A stretch of 64,000 bases of DNA from a virus. Within the stretch, counting starts at the first letter, position 1; the number at the start of each line of letters is the position of its first letter. The stretch lies in the IMG/VR virus record IMGVR_UViG_3300035670_000035, positions 72,132 through 136,131 of that record. One strand, given 5' to 3'. Below the pieces are notes generated by a model. It saw only the letters and a program-made list of their open reading frames with translations. It searched no databases and was not told where the DNA came from. Of this stretch, positions 58,401-64,000 are shown in pieces. The translations under genes were made by a program, and so were the position numbers.

Positions 58401-60648
58401 AAGCAAGATTCGTAACTGTAGCGTAGGTATTGCCAAGGTTATCGATTTGGGTTTGTAACGTAGATCCAGTTAGACCAAGATTCGTAATAGTTGCGTAAGT
58501 AGATGTTAACGTACCGCTTAACGAACCGATCTTGCTATCTAATGTGCTACCAGTCGAGGCAAGATTTGTTACAGTAGCATAAGTATTACCAAGGTTATCT
58601 ATTTGATTTTGTAGAGTCGAACCAGTACTAGCTAGATTTATTATAGTAGCATATTTTCCATCAACAAAACCACTATAAGCAGTAATATCTTGAACAGCAG
58701 CAATATCATTTAATGTTGAAAGATCTGATCCTCTGCTAGATATACCAAATTTAAATTTATCAGTATGATCAAAACCAATAATTGGGCCAAGATCATTTAT
58801 TCCAGTAAGTCCAACACCAGTTACAAAGAAAATACCACCATCAGTTGCACCACCAGTAAGATTAAGAAGAATATATGGACTTTCAATAAAATTATTAGTA
58901 ACATTTGCAATAAATTCTTCGCCAGTAACATAAAGATCATGGATATAAACTTTATCTCGGAAAGTCTTTGTGCCATCTATTGTTTGATCTCCGTATAACA
59001 AGACTGAACTACCGCTGAGTGAATTTATATAGTTTTGTAATGTTGTTCCAGTGCTTGCAAGATTAACAATAGTAGCATAATCAGAAGTTAATGTTCCACT
59101 TAGTGAACTTATTTTATTCTCTAATGTAGAGCCAGTTAAAGCTAAATTTGTTACTGTTGCATATGTCGTGCCAAGATTATTAATCTGAGTCTGTAGTGTA
59201 TTTCCAGTAGAAGCTAGGGCTATGTCAGTAGCATAAGTAAGATCTAAATTATCAATTTGATTTTGTAAAGTGGCACCAGTTAAAGATAAATTAGTTGCTA
59301 ATGTTGATCCTGTAGAAGCAAGATTAATAATTGTAGCGTAATTAGATGTTAGTGTATTACTTAATGCAGTTATAGAATTAAATAAAGTTATTCCAGTGTT
59401 TTGTAATTCAGTATCTGTGGCGTAAGTATCATCAAGATTGTTAATTTGATTTTGTAGACTAGAACCTGTGCTTGCTAAATTAAGAATTGTAGCATAGTTT
59501 GAAGTTAATGTTCCGCTCAAACTATTTATATTATTAATAAGAGATGAGCCTGTATTTTGTAATTGAATATCTGTTGCATAAGTCAAATCTATATTATCAA
59601 CAAAATTTTGATAAGTCCCGCTAAATGTATTAATTTTTTGATCTAAAGTTTGACCTGTTAAACTTAGATTTACATCTATGGCATAAGTATTATCAAGATT
59701 ATTTATTTGATTTTGTAAAGTTGATCCTGTGTTTTCTAGATTTACTATAGTTGCATAAATTGAACTAGCAGTAGAAGAAGTAAGATAAGAACTAAGGTCA
59801 ACTCCAGTTATAAAACCGCTAGGATTAGATTTAAGATAATAGTTATTTGTTAGAGTATCACTTAAAGAGCTTATACTTTGATTAAGTGTAGATCCAGTAT
59901 TTTGTAATTGATTATCTGTTGCATATGTTATATCAAGATTATCAACGAAATTTTGATAAGTACCACTAAAGTTGTCTATTTTAGTATTTAAATTACTGCC
60001 TGTATTTGAAAGATTTGTAATTGTTGCGTAAGTATTAGAAGCAAATGAAGTAGTAAGATAATTTCCAGTAAGAGTACCACTAAGTGAATTTATTTTATTA
60101 TCAAGATTTACGCCAGTAGAAATCAAATTAGATGAAACTGAATTTATACTAACTTGAAGAGACGAACCAGTAGAAGCTAAGTTATTAGAAATTGATAAGT
60201 CTTGAGAATTTACATAACCACTTAGATTATCTATTTTTGTATTTAATGTTGAGCCAGTATTTTGTAATTGAGTATCAGTAGCATATGTTGTGTCAAGATT
60301 ATTTACAAAAGATTGATATGTGCCGCTAAAGGTATCTATTTTAGTATTTAAATTTGCGCCAGTTGAATTTAAATTAGTTGTTAATGAATTTACTGCTGAT
60401 TGAAAATATCCACTATTACCAGAAATAAAAATTGTACTATCTCCACTAGTATAAACTATATTGCCATCTGCGCCAGTTATTGCTATATTTTCTGCTGTTA
60501 AATTATTGACGCTTGTTGGATTACCTTTTTCTCCTCTTGGTCCTTGTGGTCCAGGAATTGAAACATTAGTTGCCAAAGCTTGCGTTGGCGATGTTACATC
60601 AACGCTTAAGGCACTTGGCAAACTAACATCTACAGTAATATCTGCCAT
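55447..60648 (-). CDS. Long tail fibre with coiled-coil repeats and C-terminal chaperone-like domain
   Basis: Short collagen motif GPQGPRGEKG; many YAT..NL.STGSTL repeats; GDQ.I.G.KTF and RPTVNGTGVLL motifs; AASKSFLIDHP..LQYGSLESP C-terminal domain. Confidence 0.85.
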   Translation of the reverse strand: MADITVDVSLPSALSVDVTSPTQALATNVSIPGPQGPRGEKGNPTSVNNLTAENIAITGADGNIVYTSGDSTIFISGNSGYFQSAVNSLTTNLNSTGANLNTKIDTFSGTYQSFVNNLDTTYATDTQLQNTGSTLNTKIDNLSGYVNSQDLSISNNLASTGSSLQVSINSVSSNLISTGVNLDNKINSLSGTLTGNYLTTSFASNTYATITNLSNTGSNLNTKIDNFSGTYQNFVDNLDITYATDNQLQNTGSTLNQSISSLSDTLTNNYYLKSNPSGFITGVDLSSYLTSSTASSIYATIVNLENTGSTLQNQINNLDNTYAIDVNLSLTGQTLDQKINTFSGTYQNFVDNIDLTYATDIQLQNTGSSLINNINSLSGTLTSNYATILNLASTGSSLQNQINNLDDTYATDTELQNTGITLFNSITALSNTLTSNYATIINLASTGSTLATNLSLTGATLQNQIDNLDLTYATDIALASTGNTLQTQINNLGTTYATVTNLALTGSTLENKISSLSGTLTSDYATIVNLASTGTTLQNYINSLSGSSVLLYGDQTIDGTKTFRDKVYIHDLYVTGEEFIANVTNNFIESPYILLNLTGGATDGGIFFVTGVGLTGINDLGPIIGFDHTDKFKFGISSRGSDLSTLNDIAAVQDITAYSGFVDGKYATIINLASTGSTLQNQIDNLGNTYATVTNLASTGSTLDSKIGSLSGTLTSTYATITNLGLTGSTLQTQIDNLGNTYATVTNLASTGSTLDSKIGSLSGTLTSTYATITNLGLTGSTLQTQIDNLGSTYATVTNLTSTGSTLNTKIDNLSGYVNSSNSNIVFTTGNQLINGTKTFNSGIAINVQPTGTNPALYITGTWNNSSQVYTGIDLNITDTNSNSTTNFINFRTNDTSRLRIRKDGAIFARDVVFGSDDGFSFGDVAGGGISCYSAGLEALRITRNVAPAPGIVFTRSNGGMTFSEGHALYSQGTDIIGQVRGTNPQSFRIFNITGTNSGEFGLFGWQNNQLVIGSQATNSGISRDILLTGNNVLISGANIRVDRNGRITTNDQIARLNGAFGIASNGADFEFNSFGTTRAYIRAGGSFESRLAGGGLAWNFGVGTVLFLGYDADHILAQKNGTNAQQFRVYNATGTNSGEFGLFGWQNNNLIIGAQQSQSGILRDVFLTGRNISINASGVFNIFDNTNILGDLNVTGNILLSGNPVLTGVDLSSYATINNLASTGSTLDTKINDLSGSAVLLYGDQDITGNKTLSGSFYIGGQGHEQSAISIRGIDGISKILNLRDKNGENGFFVQGEIGTDLLIKMGDVDAAYNDAYLSFDQASALCKIENANLEVNGDIKFGSPGSASATLYMYDGPNDAYNTIYWSDSEMQLINTADSSNITIQFSSNGNTLISNSSFLKLPTGKNDFLAMDSEVVHKTGNETISGIKAFISRPTVNGTGVLLSGEVAPLPTTIVYTTGDQIISGVKTFIGNHIISGNVNITGDINTTGLIVSGLGNSFILKSPNNFNSVYFEPTLNGNAGILRTNYLSTITLYNDGDQNLTLSYGGGGTRSIIFRGGGASVNRVLLDSNGNFGIGSGISSVPSRFYVSGNSTLQGDLTVSGNTTITGHLSAASKSFLIDHPTIIGKKLQYGSLESPYHGIRLTDKNKISADSVKVNLPDYISALVNEDKVNVQLTNINHDKILFVKEVNVKENNFVVGTNRGWFDKNEYEFYWSFTAERKDIPKLTVEF
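58276..58542 (-). repeat. 156-nt-period tandem duplication in the fibre (two identical 111-nt copies)
   Basis: 58276-58386 is identical to 58432-58542; 52-aa unit. Confidence 0.95.
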
Positions 60649-60652
60649 AATT

Positions 60653-61000
60653 TTATCTCGTTACTTCTGGTAAAATAGAAAACTTTCCTCGCATTAATTT
60701 AATACTATTTCCTGTCTCGATTCCAGATGGATATCTTTCTATATCATAAAGATGATCGCCAACTGGAATATCTTCTGAAATATAAGAATTAATATTAACA
60801 GACACTATACCAGATGAACCATTTCCAGATATAGTTGGATTTAAATCTAATAAAAGCCCTGTAGAGCCATAACTCGCACGGACTTGTCCGCGTACTTCAT
60901 AACCGCTTAAATTAATTGCAGAGCCATTACTATCTTTTATATTTAGGGTTAATTGAATGTAATCGCCTTGATAACCAGTAATATTATAATATGTCGCCAT
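60653..61000 (-). CDS. Fibre attachment/adaptor protein (BppU-like)
   Basis: QGD..L.IKD..G.AINLSGY.VRGQVR, YDIE, GKFSI.PEVT; start moved to ATG 61000 because it lies 8 nt after GTGTAA. Confidence 0.6.
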   Translation of the reverse strand: MATYYNITGYQGDYIQLTLNIKDSNGSAINLSGYEVRGQVRASYGSTGLLLDLNPTISGNGSSGIVSVNINSYISEDIPVGDHLYDIERYPSGIETGNSIKLMRGKFSILPEVTR

Positions 61001-61008
61001 GTAAAATA

Positions 61009-61014
61009 TTACAC
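61009..61014 (-). promoter_or_regulatory. Putative late promoter
   Basis: GTGTAA 8 nt upstream of ATG 61000. Confidence 0.55.
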
Positions 61015-61040
61015 GGAACAATTATTTTATCGAAATAAAA

Positions 61041-61397
61041 TTAACGACCTTCAGCAAGAATATCTTTTGCTTTTTTAGAAATATCTTTTTTTGGAGCAAG
61101 AGTTTTTGTTGAATATTTTGCTGTATGTTTAATGAATTCTTTTTTTAATCTAGCGATTAAATTTGTTCTATCATCAATTGGCACAAGACCAATCTTTACA
61201 GCATGTTTTTGTAGATCACTTTTATTTAAACTATTGACATATTCGAGATATTTCTCTGTGTCAAGAGTGCCATATTTATTTAATCCATCATCTCCCCATA
61301 CTTGTTCTAGTGTTACTGGATTCTCAACTTTACCATGAGTTTGATTTAAATTATCTAATTTATTACCTTTGGTTTCTTTGCTTGATTTACGTGGCAT
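61041..61397 (-). CDS. Small basic protein with possible HeH/Rho-N-like motif
   Basis: LNKSDLQKHAVKIGL..DDRTNLIARL; AAGGAG SD. Confidence 0.6.
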   Translation of the reverse strand: MPRKSSKETKGNKLDNLNQTHGKVENPVTLEQVWGDDGLNKYGTLDTEKYLEYVNSLNKSDLQKHAVKIGLVPIDDRTNLIARLKKEFIKHTAKYSTKTLAPKKDISKKAKDILAEGR

Positions 61398-61414
61398 AAT
61401 ATTCTCCTTGTATT

Positions 61415-61443
61415 ATTATATGTTAATAAATATAAGATGTCTA
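61415..61443 (-). promoter_or_regulatory. sigma70-type promoter
   Basis: TAGACA (61438-61443), 17 nt, TATAAT (61415-61420), directly after the terminator. Confidence 0.75.
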
Positions 61444-61485
61444 ATAAAAAAAGAAAAACCCAAGGGGATTAACCCTTGGGCTTTT
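61444..61485 (-). terminator. Intrinsic terminator after the capsid gene
   Basis: CCCAAGGG-TTAATC-CCCTTGGG stem-loop followed by a long U tract. Confidence 0.92.
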
Positions 61486-61506
61486 CAATTTTCTAATATT
61501 TAAATA

Positions 61507-62610
61507 TTAGTCGTTGGCTACGATTAGTCCTGCTACTGCACGACCATCGAGACATACGCGGCCTTCTTCGAGAGAACCGTAGAAGCCAACTTTGTCTTGG
61601 CGAGCTACGAATTGATCATCTGGAAGAGCTGTGAATGTGCCACCAGTTTCACTATTACGAGCAACTGGACGTACGAATGCATCTTTAGTTAGGTCGAGAC
61701 CAACTAGGATTTCGTCACCGTCAGTAGTATTAGCTTCGTTAAAGTCTGGGGAACCACCTTCACTACCACCATAGAAGCTATTGAATAGAGTGTTGTACTT
61801 TTTGCCAACACCGAGTTCAACTAGCTCATGAATTGTGATGCCATAGATCTCTTGAGCACCAGCGTTACGATAAATTTCTTCACGAACACCAGCTGGAAGA
61901 TCTGTTACGCTAGAACCAGCGGTAGAACCGCCAACTGCGTTATAAGCAAATGCACGGATATCACCTTTGATCTCTGGACTTACGAATAGATCGGTTAGAC
62001 CATAAGAACTATCAGTTGTACCAGCAGCATAAGAAGTATTAATTCTTTTTACTGTGGTGATTAGGCTATTCAAACCGTTGAGGGTAAGAGCGCCACCAGT
62101 AATTCTTTCGATATGATCAGCACCGTTGCTTGTAGCTTCGGCTAAAGCTTTTAGAACAACTGCCCAAGCGTTACGCTCTTGTTTGACAAGAACTTCGTTT
62201 GTCATACGTTCTACTGCTTTGCTTACTACGTCGAGACGGCCACGACGAACATATCTTTTTAGCATGGAAACTGCACTATCCAAACGATAGGTTGCAACTT
62301 TCATCTCAGAGAAGCCTTCAACGTTAGAAGTTGGAAGACCACCTGCTACGTTTTGACTCCATACGGTTGTATAACCTTCGCCTTCACCAACCCATAGGTC
62401 GAGAGGGATTGAAGGATTGTCATCTTCGTCATAAGGAAGATCACTATAAACTGCACTAGCAGTACCAGCTTGCATTAGAACTTTGCTAACGACTGGGCCG
62501 ATAAAGGCTGCAAATGCTTGAGTGGCTTCTCTGGCTACGTTAGCATCTCTGCTGCCCATAGCTTTGATTAGCTCAACTTGTTCTGGGGTATTTTTTAGTT
62601 TTAATTTCAT
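61507..62610 (-). CDS. Major capsid protein (probable HK97 fold)
   Basis: 367 aa after scaffold and decoration genes, AGGAG SD, terminator after, optimised codons; RLDVV.KA.ERM..EVL.KQE, G...EEGR..LD.RA. Confidence 0.85.
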   Translation of the reverse strand: MKLKLKNTPEQVELIKAMGSRDANVAREATQAFAAFIGPVVSKVLMQAGTASAVYSDLPYDEDDNPSIPLDLWVGEGEGYTTVWSQNVAGGLPTSNVEGFSEMKVATYRLDSAVSMLKRYVRRGRLDVVSKAVERMTNEVLVKQERNAWAVVLKALAEATSNGADHIERITGGALTLNGLNSLITTVKRINTSYAAGTTDSSYGLTDLFVSPEIKGDIRAFAYNAVGGSTAGSSVTDLPAGVREEIYRNAGAQEIYGITIHELVELGVGKKYNTLFNSFYGGSEGGSPDFNEANTTDGDEILVGLDLTKDAFVRPVARNSETGGTFTALPDDQFVARQDKVGFYGSLEEGRVCLDGRAVAGLIVAND

Positions 62611-62634
62611 GTTAAATTTTCTCCTTTACTGAAA

Positions 62635-63180
62635 TTAGAGTTCGATCTTGAGGAGAGCGACGTTATTGGCGTCGAGATCACCAAGAAGCTTGCCTACTTT
62701 TGTACCACCAGTATTTGTTGTGGACAAATCACCAGCAACGGTATCATGTAGGTAAACGTTATCGCCAGCTGAACCAGCGGCTAGTCCACTATAAAGAACT
62801 ACGCCACGAGTTAGAACTGGAACGGCTTGACCGCTGATAACTACATTCATTTCAGCAGCTTTACGTGGATTGTAAATGAGCTTTTCACCGTTTTCATCAG
62901 TCTCACGGATATCTAGTAGAGTTAGACCAATAACTTTATCACCAGATACAGCGGCAGCTACTTTTGGTACTGCGCCATAACGTTGTGATACTGTGTTGGT
63001 GTAAGAAGCGCCAGGAGCACCTAGCATTTCTACTGGATTTGTAGAATCGGCTTTGAAGCCAGCACCTTGGATTTTAACCGCAGCGCCTTTACGAACAAGA
63101 GTACTATCTCCGCTATAAGCGAAGAAATTAATAACATCATGCTCGTTATATTGTTGTAATGGTCTTAGATTGTGTGCCAT
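62635..63180 (-). CDS. Capsid decoration/cement protein
   Basis: Between scaffold and capsid, AGGAG SD; DENGEKL..NPRKA.E, SGQAVPVLTRG. Confidence 0.65.
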   Translation of the reverse strand: MAHNLRPLQQYNEHDVINFFAYSGDSTLVRKGAAVKIQGAGFKADSTNPVEMLGAPGASYTNTVSQRYGAVPKVAAAVSGDKVIGLTLLDIRETDENGEKLIYNPRKAAEMNVVISGQAVPVLTRGVVLYSGLAAGSAGDNVYLHDTVAGDLSTTNTGGTKVGKLLGDLDANNVALLKIEL

Positions 63181-63195
63181 ATATTTTCTCCTTAA

Positions 63196-64000
63196 TTATT
63201 TTTTAAATTCAAATCCTTCCAAACTGAAAGCTTTAGCATACTTTTCTTGTACGGTTGGCTCTGCAGTAGGAGTAGAATTTGGTATTTCAACGGAAGCTTT
63301 GGTTCCATTGTCAACAGCTTGTTCTACAACTTCTTGGGTTGTAGGAACTTGTGCTACTTCTTCGGAAGCTTTGACTTCTTCGGAAATTGTTGAAGCTTTC
63401 ATTTCTTCTTCTTTTTGCATCTTTGCTTTTTTAGCAGCTTTATTTTTCTCTTTCATAAGAACTGCCATTTTATTTTTGTAAGCAGAGAATGATTCATCAT
63501 TTAAATCTTTAATATCAGCAGCTAGAACTTGACGATCTTCATCAGACAATTCAAATTCTTCATCAAGAGCGGCCATTCTGAGGGTAAATGCCTCTTGTTT
63601 GGCTTTGGCTTCTTGTTCGGCTTGAATTGCTGTTAGCTTTTGATTAACTTCTTCAAGTTGTTTCTTGAGAGTTTCTTGTTCAGCAATAGCAGCTTCAGCT
63701 TTTTCTGTAGCGGCTTTAACAGCAGTTTCTTTTTCTGCTTTTTCAGCTACAAATTGCTCGTTTACTTTTTTGATCTCTTCTGCAATAAAATCAACAACCG
63801 AACTAGCGGTTACTTCTTTAAGCAGACTATCAGTAATGTCTTCGATTTTGGTTATTTTCATATATATCCTCTCTTTTTTTACATTTAAATTATCTTCTTG
63901 GGAAACATTATTTTCTGATACTTCTTCTGTAATACCAGCTTCTATTTCCTCTTTTTTAGGCTCTTCTTCTGAGCTTTTATTTGTTTTTAGCTCAATTTTA
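63196..64000 (-). CDS. Prohead protease/scaffold C-terminus (5' partial; internal start at 63861)
   Basis: Frame stays open for 46 codons upstream of ATG 63861 to the window edge; acidic Ala/Lys coiled-coil typical of scaffolds. Confidence 0.7.
   Translation of the reverse strand, partial: KIELKTNKSSEEEPKKEEIEAGITEEVSENNVSQEDNLNVKKERIYMKITKIEDITDSLLKEVTASSVVDFIAEEIKKVNEQFVAEKAEKETAVKAATEKAEAAIAEQETLKKQLEEVNQKLTAIQAEQEAKAKQEAFTLRMAALDEEFELSDEDRQVLAADIKDLNDESFSAYKNKMAVLMKEKNKAAKKAKMQKEEEMKASTISEEVKASEEVAQVPTTQEVVEQAVDNGTKASVEIPNSTPTAEPTVQEKYAKAFSLEGFEFKK

Noticed and set aside
1-64000. Stop-codon reassignment, tRNA genes, contractile sheath gene
   Set aside because: Standard-code ORFs tile the window using TAA, TGA and TAG stops; intergenic gaps are too short or AT-rich for tRNAs and none was seen; no sheath-like ORF lies near the tube (it could be outside the window)

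Overview
AT-rich segment of a large tailed dsDNA phage (Caudoviricetes), nearly fully coding in the standard genetic code, with two convergent blocks. The + strand (1-10743) carries a replication/recombination/glycosylation block: a Cas4-like exonuclease, a DNA polymerase III split into PHP, DEDDh exonuclease and DnaE core genes, a Whirly-like ssDNA-binding candidate, three glycosyltransferase genes and a Rad52-like annealase. The - strand (10733-64000) carries the morphogenesis block: scaffold/protease C-terminus, decoration protein, major capsid protein, a repeat-rich tail fibre, three LamG proteins, head-tail joining proteins, tail tube, chaperones, a 1809-aa tape measure protein (TMP) and an unusually large tail-tip cluster (FG-GAP, RCC1, vWA, IPT/TIG, poly-Pro, Cys-rich). 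No sheath gene lies beside the tube, suggesting a siphovirus-like tail. Best leads: (1) a PD-(D/E)XK nuclease-like domain embedded in the TMP between four G[YV][IV]PNF repeats, possibly an injected cargo cassette; (2) six glycan-related enzymes plus strong [ST]G enrichment in tail proteins, suggesting virion glycosylation; (3) a Whirly-fold SSB; (4) a recurrent GTGTAA late-promoter motif interleaved with sigma70-driven, near-leaderless gene islands. All family assignments are by-eye motif recognition; no searches were run.
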